A stretch of 64,000 nt of DNA from Phoronis australis (lineage: Eukaryota; Animalia; Phoronida), in assembly GCA_002633005.1 (NCBI GenBank), contig NMRA01000401.1, forward strand, positions 331,827 through 395,826, in the 5' to 3' direction. How positions within the stretch are numbered: the stretch's first letter is position 1; each line of letters opens with the position of its first letter. Positions 1-12,800 of the stretch are shown here, piece by piece. The notes beneath the pieces are model-generated. The model was not told the DNA's origin, made no database searches, and saw nothing but the letters and a program-made list of their open reading frames with translations. The position numbers were made by a program, and so were the translations under genes.

Positions 1-869
1 CTCCTTCCTTTTCCAGATTTTAACGTAGGTTAGTTGAGTCGAAACTTAAACCTAAGTACTGCTCATTCAACACAACACCAAATAATTTGAAAATTTACCG
101 GAATTTAGCATGAATTTATTTTCGGAGGTATCACCACCTAAAATGGCCGCCGCAGTGAGTGACCGTCTGACTCGAGCATTATGGGTACTCACTTAAATGG
201 CGCCATATGTTACGAGGTTTCCACGGAAACCACGCACACTTAAAAATATAATTCAGAAACTCTCGATTGACAGGCGGCAGCACATGTGGGAACGACTGAA
301 TCTGTCTTTATTCAATCAATTCAACATCAGCCAGACTAACAGTAAAGTCGTGTACATTCAAGGCATTTTCGATATCTCAGTGTGTAGCGAGTCCCCACCA
401 TTCAAGGGTAATACTGCAAGAGTAATACCCATATGTAATTTTTTGTCCTTGTTTCAAAAAGCCGTCATAACCATGATCGTGTAGAACTTATGTGCGTTTT
501 CTTGAAATATTTTTATTTTACTTAGGATCCGATAACGTACAAAACTGATGCTGAAAAAAGTGACATTGAATACCACGCAACACTGGTGCAAATTGGCTAC
601 TTTATCTCTCATCCGGATCAAACTAATAAACTAATTAAACATCATCATTACAGTTCCCAGCACAGGGACAACCTTTCATGGGCCGAGATTTCAACATTTG
701 TTGCATATCCCAAGGCACTCAAAACAAATGAGTGTGCAAATGTGTTGGTTTCAAAAAGAATTATTTTTTTCTTATTCATAGATATTATATGAAATTCGAA
801 ATAACACAAAAGCTGGGAACAACACACTGCGCCATACGAAACTCCAGGAACACCGAATTGCTTCCTTAA

Positions 870-1726
870 TGGTTCGCAGCAGCTGAAACCACAGTAGAAA
901 GAGTGTGTGAGCTGGATCTGGTTCGTAGAGGAGAAGAGTATATGAAGGTGGATGACAAAACAGCAAACAGATTCACCAGGGTTGTCATTACTGTGGGCCG
1001 AGAGTGTTATGAGAGGGCGGCTTGTGCAGTTAACAAAGAAGTTCTCAAGTTGGTCTATGAAAATTGTCGTGAGGGAGATGCTGTGGTGTACACTGATGGA
1101 TCGGTTAAAAGAGGAGAAAGATCTGGATGGGGGTATGCAGTCAATGTGGATGGCAAAATAGTAGCAGAAAATGGTGAGGCATATGAGCTCACGACATCTA
1201 GTATGATGATGGAGGAGGTTGCTACTGAAAGGCACTTGCATGGCCACAGGAAAGCATTCATACTTGTACAGTTATTGTGACAGACTCTCAGAGCATGCTG
1301 AGAAAAATCAAAAAGGGAGTGGCTGCTGCATTTACAAAACAGTGGACTGAGAAAGCTGACTTGGATATTCTCCCCTGGGCATGCCGGGGTCGCCGGAAAT
1401 GAGAAAGCTGACAAGTTAGCAGGAAATGCACTAATAAAGGGCGCTCTCAAATTGGGAGAGAGTGAGATTCTCGGAGCACTTAGAGAGGTGGAGCCACAGG
1501 AGCATGGAGATGTAATTGTGACAGAATGCAGCTGTTTGGATATGAGAGAGGCTGGCGTGTTGATAGCCGGTTGCATGACCTGGCAAGACGACTGTGTAAT
1601 CAGCAGTTGGTTGGAGTGGTTAGTCAAAGAACCTTGTCTGACGTGATGACGTGGAAAGCCGAGCATCTATGGGTCTGCTCCGAGTGTGACGACGCTGGTT
1701 CTGCACCCAAGTAATACCCAAGTACT
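870..1726 (+). mobile_element. 5'-truncated, frameshifted non-LTR retrotransposon 3' end (RNase H domain plus C-terminus)
   Basis: Across three frames it reads WFAAAETTVERVCE...AVVYTDGSVKRGERSGWG / VIVTDSQSML...LTWIFSPGHAGVAGNEKADKLA / RRLCNQQLVGVVS...EHLWVCSECDDAGSAPK*. These are RNase HI motifs (YTDGS, TDS, W.PGH.G..GNE.AD.LA). The stop at 1712-1714 lies within a short 11-bp tandem tail (ACCCAAGTAAT ACCCAAGTACT). It sits antisense in an intron of the left MOLO-1-like gene. Confidence 0.85.
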
Positions 1727-1764
1727 ATTGGCGTCATTTACGTAAAACTGTAAAATTTGCGTAC

Positions 1765-2408
1765 CCTCTTTCCCGTTTCATTCTCTTGACCAAAGCTATA
1801 GACACGGAATAGCCATCATTTGAACGACTGCATATCACAGGGCCACACGGACACACGGTGGAGCGACTGATTTCCTTGATTATATCTTCAAGCTTCGTGA
1901 GATCTACAAGCACACAATTGCACGATGAACAAAAAAAAACAGCAAACACAGTGACCATTACACCTTAACTTAAGGAGACATCTAACAAACATACGGTAAA
2001 TTTCTACTTCGCAAAAAATAAATGCCACCATAGCCATTTTCTGTTTTTCAAAAGGTGATTGATACGCCTTGCTACTCATACTCAAATTTTGACGAAATAA
2101 TGCTTTATATCATTGTACACGTATCACTTTTTAGTACAAGTATAAAAGTGAACTACAATTCTTATGTATGACACCAAAGGAGGACTGGTTAGGCTTGCTA
2201 CCCTTAGGACAAACAAAAACAAATTTTGAGTAACATATTACATAAAAAGTAAAAAACAGACATCATTGAAAAAGTAATACCAGTATTCGAAAGATAGTGC
2301 CAAATTGGTTATAAAAAACGTTAACTATCACACACACATACACGCACACGCACGCGTACACGCATATATATATGTGTGTGTGTGTGTACGAATATGTATT
2401 AGTATGTG

Positions 2409-2467
<59 letters not shown>

Positions 2468-3721
2468 TTACTTTACCAGGTGCCTGAGGATGACACTTGT
2501 GCTCTAGGAATAGGGGTACTAATTTAGCTTGATTGAAATGTCTATTGGCAATTCGCTTTACAACTGTACTGCAGAAACTAGAAATAGCACAGAGAGTCTG
2601 AGTGAGTACATCAAGCTGTACAACAGAAAGTACAGTCACGTTTTCAATCAAGTTTGTGTTAATGAAGGGCTGCTACCGAACTCTGAGTGCGTGCGTGTGC
2701 GTGTGTCTGTGTGTGTTCACATATGTGCCCACGCGCACATGCACATGTAATGCATATACACATGTACATGCTCATTAAAGCACACAAATTGATATATTAA
2801 AACCAAAGCTGACTGTTACGTATGAAGCAAGGCGTGGAAAGTTTGTAAGAAACAGTTACTGGGAGGTATAAGGGTGATAATCCTGGGCTTTACGAAAATG
2901 TCCCGTTAAAAAGAACGAGAACAGATTTGTTGAAAGACAGTGTTGTCCAGTGTTGTATTGATGTACAGGATCACGAATGAAAAAATAACAACGGAGAGTA
3001 AAAATAGTACATTTAAAGAAAAGTGTGCAGCAACACAGAAGCTTCAGAATTGTGACCGTTTTGAGAATAGGATTTGTATTGGGTTTACTTGAGGCGATTA
3101 CTCTCCTTCGTTTGGATTTTAGGTATTTATGGTCAGAACCACATAACAACAATTAAAATTAGGAAATACCATACTGTCATAAAAAGCCTCATGGTTTCTA
3201 AGAGTATGCTTATTTTTGCCGAGAAAATATAAATTCAGCATTCCGCAATTACTGCATCTACACTTTACCTACTTTTTGAGTTTTCGAAATATACTCTCAA
3301 GGCTATTTTTCTCACAAGCAAGTGTAACTAACTGCGCGCCATCTGTAGGTGTTCACGAGGCCGGCCCTGTGTCACTGGCTCAATGCTTCACTAAAGATTT
3401 GGTTGTATAGAAGATTCAATATGTCCCCGGTACTACCAGCCACTTCTTGAGGAACGCAAAGGGCCGGGGCACGTGGAACTCGCTCCCTCGCGTTCTACAA
3501 AATCCACACTCACTTTACGTACGAGATACGTCTGCTGCTCTGAAGGAAATATGCATACCGCTTTTGTCCACCAAAGAGTCAGGGTCACATATTCGAGGCC
3601 GGGATACACCGGGTCTTCGGCACGTCTCGGGATTCGTTACAGGATTAGGGTAATCTTCTTTCGTCCACTTTTGTCCAACGCAGAGCTGAATCAAGGCCAG
3701 TGTGAGTACCCAAAGCCTCAT
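1765..3721 (-). CDS. MOLO-1-like (TPM-domain) secreted protein, paralog B; 5' part only, remaining exons probably beyond window start
   Basis: Exon 3721-3559 encodes MRLWVLTLALIQLCVG|QKWTKEDYPNPVTNPETCRRPGVSRPRICDPDSLVDKS (signal peptide, phase-1 GTATGC donor). Exon 1903-1765 encodes DLTKLEDIIKEISRSTVCPCGPVICSRSNDGYSVSIALVKRMKRERG (139 nt, phase-2 donor). The YPNP..C.R....CDP and T.CPC...C....GY...ALV motifs, exon length and phases match the paralog at 9534-15019. No further exon was found in 1-1764. Confidence 0.75.
2329..2466. repeat. Compound (CA)n/(TA)n/(TG)n microsatellite
   Basis: Visible dinucleotide runs, including a long perfect (CA)n at ~2412-2466. Further TG/CA-rich sequence occurs at ~2686-2770. 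Confidence 0.95.
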
Positions 3722-5214
3722 TTTTCACAACAGCCGCTGAAAAATAGTTAAGTGTTGAAACACTTGCAAGTTTAATGAAAAATAGCTTGGTTCCTTTACA
3801 GAAGTGTTGAGTTCTTCAACTCAGTAAACACAAAAGACACGATTCACCTTCAAGTTACAAAACTTAAAGCAGACGAGACAGCCATAGGGTTGAGACAGGA
3901 TTTCGACTGATGAAACTAAGATAAAACATTAAAACAGTTCAAATGATACTGCGCCGAATGTCAATTGAACAACGAGAATTAACGACTTGTCGCAAAAAAC
4001 ACAGCGGATTTTGTAGTTTTATTCGATCAAAGCTAACAACTTCAAGAAGTCTATCTCATCAAACAATCAACCCAAAAGGGCATTAATCAGGTGTAAAACC
4101 GATAGCCTGAAAGGAAGGCACCCTTTCGCAAGGAAAATGGTCCTCAAAATCATCCAAATTAGGTTGCATGTCCCGTACGTTTTTTTTGTTCAACTTGAAA
4201 CAAATATAAGCCAAAATTCACTCATATAAAGCCGCCATGATAAAACGTTGCTCGTTTCCCCTCGCCTTTCTCAGTGCTTTGAGATGGTCAGGTTGGTGTG
4301 TGAAATATTTCCGCTCGTCATTTTCGGCTATGCTTATTTTTGTTGTAACACGCCATATTTACAACTGAACAAAACGTTATTATTTTCTCACGTATCAGAT
4401 AAATTGAGTTACGCACAAGGTCGGTCGTAGGAGGGAAAGAGATTTAATTTACGCTAACATTTTCTGAAATTTCAACTTGAGTAGTATTATTCATGTGTTC
4501 CATGTATAGCCAATATTCTGTATAGTATGGGCGCAGCTGCAAATGAAGGCACATAAGTTCCCGGCTATATACGGGTATATGAACACCATGCACACGCAAG
4601 CCAAGTGACACTCGGGCTTTGTACTTGTAAGCTTAACGTAAGAACAGACTCCGCCGTCTGTGGCCCTTTTCACTAAAATGCTGATAACTTTTCGTAAACC
4701 TCGAACCACTGTGCATTGGTCCCAGTGTGAACCAAGAAAAATACTATTTACATTTGCCAGTATCATATACAGATTCAGGGTGTAACAAATAGATAAAACC
4801 GAAGAGCATGCTGGGATGTCGCTGAAGGCAATTAAGGACACCTCACCGAAGAACGGTGTGTGTTTAACACTGAGGAGTCAGAAGCCTTTCGTGTGCACAT
4901 GTACAGGTTAACACACATACAAGTCTAGAACGTAGCATGTTTTCGCACACTAGTAGAAGTAAGCTCTTGGATTTCGCCGTGCCATGGACGTATCCAAAAT
5001 TTAGACTGGGCAATGTTAGCCACGTTGTGTGAAAAAATATCTGCTTACCTTACCGGCTCAGAAGGCAAATTTGAATGAACTTGTTGTGACCAGCAGAAGT
5101 CAGACAGACAGATCCGTGAAAAAGATGACACACCAATAATGACGGGAAGTGTTGGAAGTTGTGGGCACAAGAATTTCACCCTGCAGATTGGCCTCGGTCA
5201 ACAGCCGTTACATT

Positions 5215-5866
5215 AAGTAGCGTGCGCCCCTTTGATATCTGAGGGTATTTATTTCGACGTTTCAGTCAACTTCCATTGCGAGAACTCCAGCGAGTACAAC
5301 GAGCAACAATGTTTGCATTTTTATTTTGTATTAATCTGTTTTATAAAGGTCGATTTGAAGTTAAGAGAAAATTAAACTGAAACAAAACATTTCAACTAAA
5401 AATGGTAGCATTCATCGCTTAAGCAAGAGGCGTAATGGTTCGGGATCAAGTTTCTGGACTAATATAGCAAGTGACGTCACGATTCAAGGTAAAGGACGGC
5501 CTCGATGGCATGGTCTTACTGGACAAACAAAATCTTATATACAGGTATATGAAACAAAACATGGTCACATTCTGAACAAAAAACGCATACTTTAATTAAA
5601 AACTACAGGGAAGTGGTGTATTTTTCAGTAAAAACAACAGGCGTCACATATCGATTGTCCGACAACACCGGCGACGTCGCCCTTTCCAACGGTAGCGTAC
5701 GAAAAACTGCCGCTGATGGTAAAATATATCCAATACTCGGCAGCATGTGTCGATCTCTGGCGAAGTTGTGAAGTACACAAAAACGAAGGAGAAAATCACT
5801 TGAACATGTTTTTTGCGTTGTAACGCGCGGTGCGGGTCATACTAGCCACGGCAAGGCTAGTAAAAA
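5215..5866. mobile_element. Possible non-autonomous Helitron/Helentron-like element (only the right terminus is recognisable)
   Basis: Terminal palindrome TACTAGCC-ACGGCAA-GGCTAGTA followed by an A-run at ~5840-5866. The left boundary is a guess. Confidence 0.3.
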
Positions 5867-7236
5867 GCTCAGTAAAGTTCCAAAGCACCTTTCACAGTGC
5901 GGATTTTCGTAATCATGCGGGTACATAAGAGTCACTTGAGAGGTAGAAATGGTTCGGCCAAAATGACGATAGAAAAGAAAGAGTGAATCCAACAGTATTG
6001 ACGTGGTCTATAAGAAACCAGGAATATACCGGTTGTAGTCAACTCGATGAGTTACTTACTGTTTATATAATTCTTTATTTACCCAATATTTCCTGTCACA
6101 TATTTAGCGAAACGAAATTGGTTTTGCAATAATCCACACCTTCTGTCTAAAACCAAATTTTGATTTTAGCCACTCTCTGTTAGAAATGGGTCTCAACTTA
6201 TTCTTGATTTAGATTAAAACTGATTTCTAAGTACAGAAGAACAAACTCTTCTTTATTCACTTCAGAACATGCTCATGAATTAAGTTTACTTGTCACGGCG
6301 GGTTGGTTTCAGTCGCCAAAGTATTACGTCCGTCAGCGGGCGTGAGGGAAATTCCTGACCACTTAGGGTCAGCAAATTCTAAGGATAAGGACGCGATACG
6401 CCTGTGCAGAAAATGGTTTAACCTGAGAATGGGAGAATTTTCACATTGGCGCTGTCTAGAGTATTGAGAGCACGAAAGTTACTATTGATCCCGACTCAAG
6501 ATTTGTTGGGCAGAAATTCAATTACTACATAGTGGTTCATTAATTTAAAAGCAGAAAAGTGTTGATTAGTTCAAGTTCACTAATTTATTTTATTTTTTAA
6601 CCTGGTTGGGATAAAAATTCTCGGGCTTTATCTCTCTGGAATTTCGCAGTGGGAAATGCATGGAACACAATGTCTTAGTTCCTCCATTGGACATTGGATA
6701 TAATAACGGCAAGAAAGGTGTGAAAACGCTTTTTATATTTGTAGGTTAAAACCTGTCCGCATGATTACATGGGGTCTGTAGGAAGCGCGGAAAGTTTGTC
6801 CACCAAATACCCGATTGCAGTCGGGCGGATTAGGGAATTTCAATTTGGCGCAGCTATTTCTGAAGTCGAGCTATTGGGATCGTAGCGACTTTTTAAGGTA
6901 ATTTGAGACGCAATTTTCTTTGCATCGACGTTACGCCTCTGGACTTGAATAGGTAACTTCTCCGTTATTCTTGTGGGTTCGCCAAAGTAAAAAGTCGAGT
7001 TTTGCGACTATTCTTTTCAAAGCAATTTAGTGTCGATGTTTGAAAGAAGAAAAAGTATAATATTTGAAATTTGGAAGGGAAGATGAGGCCACCTGGATAA
7101 CTATTAATTTCCATAAGTGCAAGGGTCTAAAATAAGACACATTTCGGTAATTATCTGACGAGGCAATTGTTTTTTCCAAATATTAACACGTACAATCAAC
7201 GTTTACTTCTTTATTAAAACTTTCAATACTCTGCCC

Positions 7237-9879
7237 GCCATGTACATTTGCATTTAAACATTCTTCAATGCAATACACGGAATTTATCATACACCGAAAT
7301 GTACACGTATAAACAGAGCCAATTGCAAAAAATGTTATTGAAGTATAAATAAACAAGAACGCACAAGTGAGGGAGAAAATAGCAAAAATAAATATTCAGT
7401 TTTATCTGCCTTTGTACATATCAATAATCTATAACTCAAGGCAAACTTGATGACGTCAAAATACAATTATGCTAAAATAAAAAAATGCACAAACACAAAA
7501 TAGTTGGTAACAAATCAGAATTTAATTAGTCTACTATGAAACTAATTGGCACGGTATGTAAATCTTGCATTCACCTCTCATCAAAACAACTTTGTGCCCC
7601 AAACACTTAATAAGAAACACATTTATTTTTATCAGCTTACAATACCAGAAATAAACAAAAACCCTAATTTTAACTTAAATTATCAACAGCAATGGATTTT
7701 TCAAAGTATATGCACCAAAAGCGTAGTTACAGTCAGAGACATTATACTAACAAGACAAGGAGTTCCATTTTCCCCGACTCTGTATTTACCAGCCGCAGCT
7801 CGCCTGCAAGAAAAACAGATTGAAATTATTGACTCAGCAATGGAGCATGCTTATTGACAGACGTCACGAACATTACATACCGGCAAGATGAAATGTCAAA
7901 ATGTAAAATGCGCTCACTCAGTCGCACGTAAGCTTGAGTATCGTGATTTTCACTAAAAAGTACCAATTTTTGACAGCTTTTGTTTTGGGTCGTATTTTGG
8001 TGTGGAACTATTTTAAAATGAACTAAAGACGTCGAGTTTATGGCTCTATTTGGCACAATAAACCCTGAACATCACGTGCAGTCCATTAACAGATTGTACG
8101 TCACCTGAAACTCGATTTATTGAAGTTTTGAGATTCGTGCTTTCGAAATAACTTAATCAGCACTGCATGAGCTTACGAAAACAACTTGACAGATTCTCGA
8201 TAAAGCTGACACCTGGCAAGCGAAAGACGGTTCACCTATACAAAAAAATCCTCAGAATATTCGAAGTACGCCGTTATCTGCAGTTCTCAACTGCTAACAC
8301 TGGTAACTGATAGGGTGTAATTGGCGTCCGTGGTTAATCTACTGGATAAACAACCGAAAACCATTGGATGCTCTTCCTTGTCATGACTACTTATGGGTTT
8401 CAAAACTCTCAGTCAAGGTTCTTCTCAGTGCGCTACAGTATCACAATTTCTGGCGGCATACTAGGGTAATAATGTGTGGGCTGTAGGTCCGGAGGGGAGG
8501 TGTAATGGGTGAAATAAGGGCTTGGGAAGCGCANNNNNNNNNNNNNNNNNNNNNNNNNNNNNNNNNNNNNNNNNNNNNNNGCCATGTACATTTGCATTTA
8601 AACATTCTTCAATGCAATACACGGAATTTATCATACACCGAAATGTACATGTATAAACAGAGCCAATTGCAAAAAATGTTATTGAAGTATAAATAAACAA
8701 GAACGCACAAGTGAGGGAGAAAATAGCAAAAATAAATATTCAGTTTTATCTGCCTTTGTACATATCAATAATCTATAACTCAAGGCAAACTTGATGACGT
8801 CAAAATACAATTATGCTAAAATAAAAAAATGCACAAACACAAAATAGTTGGTAACAAATCAGAATTTAATTAGTCTACTATGAAACTAATTGGCACGGTA
8901 TGTAAATCTTGCATTCACCTCTCATCAAAACAACTTTGTGCCCCAAACACTTAATAAGAAACACATTTATTTTTATCAGCTTACAATACCAGAAATAAAC
9001 AAAAACCCTAATTTTAACTTAAATTATCAACAGCAATGGATTTTTCAAAGTATATGTACCAAAAGCGTAGTTACAGTCAGAGACATTAAACTAACAAGAC
9101 AAGGAGTTCCATTTTCCCCGACTCTGTATTTACCAGCCGCAGCTCGCCTGCAAGAAAAACAGATTGAAATTATTGACTCAGCAATGGAGCCTGCTTATTG
9201 ACAGACTTCACGAACATTACATAAAGGCAAGATGAAATGTCAAATGTAAAATGCGCTCACTCAGTCGCACGTAAGCTTCAGTATCGTGATTTTCACTAAA
9301 AAAGTAACAATTTTTTGACAGCTTTTGTTTTGGGTCCTATTTTGGTGTGGAACTATTTTAAAATGAGCTAAAGACGTCGAGTTTATGTCTCTATTTGGCA
9401 CAATAAACCCTGAACATCACGTGCAGTCCATTAACAGATTGTACGTCACCTGAAACTCGATTTATTGAAGTTTTGAGATTCGTGCTTTCGAAATAACTTA
9501 ATCAGCACTGCATGAGCTTACGAAAACAACTTGTCAGATTCTCGATAAAGCTGACACCTGGTAAGCGAAAGACGGTTCACCTATACAAAAAAAATCACCA
9601 GAATATTCGAAGTACGCCGTTATCTGCAGTTCTACACTGCTAACACTGGTAACTGATAGGGTGTAATTGGCGTCCGTGGTTAATCTACTGGATAAACAAC
9701 CGAAAACCATTGGATGCTCTTCCTTGTCATGACTACTTATGGGTTTCAAAACTCTCAGTCAAGGTTCTTCTCAGTGCGCTACTGTATCACAATTTCTGGC
9801 GGCATACTAGGGTAATAATGTGTGGGCTGTAGGTCCGGAGGGGAGGTGTAAAGGGTGAAATAAGGGCTTGGGAAGCGCA
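7237..9879. repeat. ~1.3-kb direct duplication (7237-8533 and 8581-9879) separated by an N-gap; probable uncollapsed haplotypes
   Basis: The copies are near-identical, with scattered SNPs and small indels, and both abut the gap at 8534-8580 exactly. Confidence 0.85.
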
Positions 9880-12800
9880 CAAAATGGACTTTTAGTTTTG
9901 GAAGACATTATTGTTAGTGAAACTTCATTAAATCATTGGATGTGTTAATTAAATGCACTGCTCCGCTTTAATTTAGTTACAAACTTTATAAAAAGTAATT
10001 TAAGGTGAAGTAAGTAGGCTAATCAACTCTGATTAGCAAAAGATGCTCTTTCAAAATAAAATCACATTTTCTAAGATACACTTAATTAATGTAAAGTTTT
10101 AGCTAGATGGAACTCATAAACTTCGAAAATACAAATTAGAAAATACCTGCACCGGTACAAGCTGGCTACTCTGATTAAATTAACTAATTAACTAATCATT
10201 TTTCGAACATAATCATAAGAAATACGAGTTTCTCTTATGAGAAACACAGGTCATAGTTTCATTGACTTCAACATATTTCAAACAGTATGTTGACCAATAA
10301 ACATAATATTTCAAAACTTACAAAACGGAGTTAGAAATAGTTATATATTTGACGCTGGTGCACTCTAAGCATAGCTTCAAAAACTCCAAATATACAGCGC
10401 ACACTGAACACAACCTCCACATATACAAACGTAAGCATTCAACACTTAGTCTATACCCTTTCCGACAATGTTTCACACAGAATGTAACGAGTCTCCAGGA
10501 CCAAAGTCAACAGCCTTTGATATTGATGAGTGTCATATTTTACATACTGAATGGACAGTTTTAGGTGCTATAACCACTACAAAAAATCAAGCCAGGAAAA
10601 ACATTCTTACAACAGTATGTAAGGCCTGCAATGGGTTACAAATTAAAATAGTCACCCGAGTCTGTCAATGGCGTCCCGTAGACCATAATATACCCCCTGC
10701 TTTTGCAGCACTTGAGAAGATTGTCGCATGATGTCCATTACTGTGTTGTCATCCATGGCTAATCTTGCCGTATTGCCAGTCATAAAGTACAACTAAAATC
10801 ATAAAGGAAAATAAATATAAACAACGTGGAAAGTGAAATATCACTTCCAAGGGGAGAATTATACAACAAAACAAAGAGCGTTCATTTGTGCCCACCGTGA
10901 GTATAGAATGAACAAGAGATACAAGAGATGGTCATTATTTTAAACACTTCCACAAAAGAGAGCAATACTAGAAAATTACGGTGCCAATATAGGAACACAC
11001 CAGCCACCTGTCATCATGATTCAAGGACTTTGGAGAATGGGAATATGGGTGACAATGAGCAGACACAAAAATAACGAAAAGGCCAGCAGGGAACGCAAGG
11101 TAGGTCAAACCCGTGTAGAGTTCAGTAACGATAGGATCAATGCTGGGACCTCGCTAAAATGCAGCCAAAATCACGTGATCTTATTTAAAAGACACAGCAA
11201 TGTCTCATGCGATATCGCTTTTTTAGCGAGATCCGAACGTTACTGATTTCTACCATGTAAACGGGGCAGGTGCTGTCGTCGATGTGATAGTAACTTGGTT
11301 ACCAAATCAATGAACATCAAGGAACTTTACAAATAGCAAGCCCAAAACAGCCAAACAAACTTGGCACCAAGGAATTCCACAATAGTCAGACTTGTCCCCA
11401 AACCCATGTCAGTTGCACCGTACTGCGGGGGATTAGGAGAAACCAAACTGTCACTAAGGGGCGTCACAGAAGTTGGAGGCGTTAACTCTGGTTTTCTCAT
11501 TAGGAACACATCTTCCAATTTTTATTACAATTCTTTAAGCAGTTTAAGGGATAGAGGTAGGCGCCAAACAACAGAACTCCAAAAATAGAGACAAACGTAA
11601 AAATGCCACTAGGGCACAGTGGTAGTCGGATCCGTCCAAACGTTGTCGTCATTCGCTGTCACGTTCAAAGAAAACAAAACACTTCGTAAATTCAACAAAG
11701 ATCCTGCAATGTACTTAGGCAAAACAGTAAAAGACGCAAAAAAGAATTGTCACTAGGTGGCACCAGAGTAGTCGGAGTCGTCCAAAATTTAACAACTATG
11801 CCAGTTTTCATGATTCTTCGAGAGGTTTGGCAAATGGAGAGGCCAACGCTAAAAACAGACTTGAACACACTAAAAATGGACACTGGGTGGCGCAGAATAC
11901 GTCAAATCCATTCACAAGCTTGACGACACCGTTGGCTTTTAATAGACATCAATTTGCCAAATTTCATGAAAATCAGTCATGGAACTCTGAAGATACAGAG
12001 GTGCACAGAGTTAATCCGATCCGTCAAAAGTGTGTGTATGTGTGTGCCCGCGTTCGTGCGTGCCTGTGCGTACGTGTGTGTGTGTGACAGCTGGAGTCTG
12101 GCAAGGCTTTTCATATCATCCCGACAATGGTGTTTGGAAAGAATTTGCCGTAAGACGCGTTTTATTGAAACACGTGCTCAATCAATTTCCGTAAAGGAGA
12201 CACTTACGATCTGATCATCCTCCGAGTACAAAATTATGGTTAATTCATCACAGTTCCCGAACGTCCGCCAGCCATTCTGATACAGATGGAAAGCAAAGTC
12301 TTTTGCAGCGTTGGTTCTCGCGTCACCGGGAGCGTCACGAGGAACTCTAGAGAAAGAATTATATCATAATTTTCGTATGACATATCAAATAGAGTTGACA
12401 CAATGTGCACACGCGACTTATTGCAGGAAAAGGGCGAACTATACGGTGCACGGAGAAGTTGTCGAGATTTTGCCAGAATAATAACCGAGCGAGAAAAAAA
12501 TGGACTTGAAAGAAAGTCTATGACAAAAACACGTAACACTATATTTTCATTCAGTTACAGCGCCATTAGGGCCGTTTTGTTACTTTCAATCGCACCTATA
12601 AGGACACTTTACGGTGCTGGGGCACGCTATTTACGAAAATGGTCTGTAGAGGAAAGTTCGTTAACATTGGGTCTATGTTCGACATGCAATACAAAATCTA
12701 CTTACGTAGCCATTTTCTTCAGTAGCACCAAGGCGAACCTGTATCCGCCTGGGCGAGCTCCGGTGTTCGTGTCGCAAGCGTACTGACTGCACGGACATTT

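Noticed and set aside
141-205. AAAATGGCCGCCGCAGTGAGT resembles a first coding exon (MAAA plus donor) or a YY1 site
   Set aside because: No compatible downstream + strand exons were found. It lies within an intron of a minus-strand gene and is more likely a repeat-borne motif.
648-1666. Long minus-strand ORFs of 199 and 203 aa
   Set aside because: They are antisense shadows of the RNase H retroelement remnant.
2263-2750. ORFs rich in CV/HT repeats
   Set aside because: They are translations of dinucleotide microsatellites.
7546-9201. Near-identical 103-aa ORFs at 7546-7857 and 8890-9201
   Set aside because: TTG start and AT-rich 3'UTR-like sequence; the identity is explained by the gap-flanking duplication.
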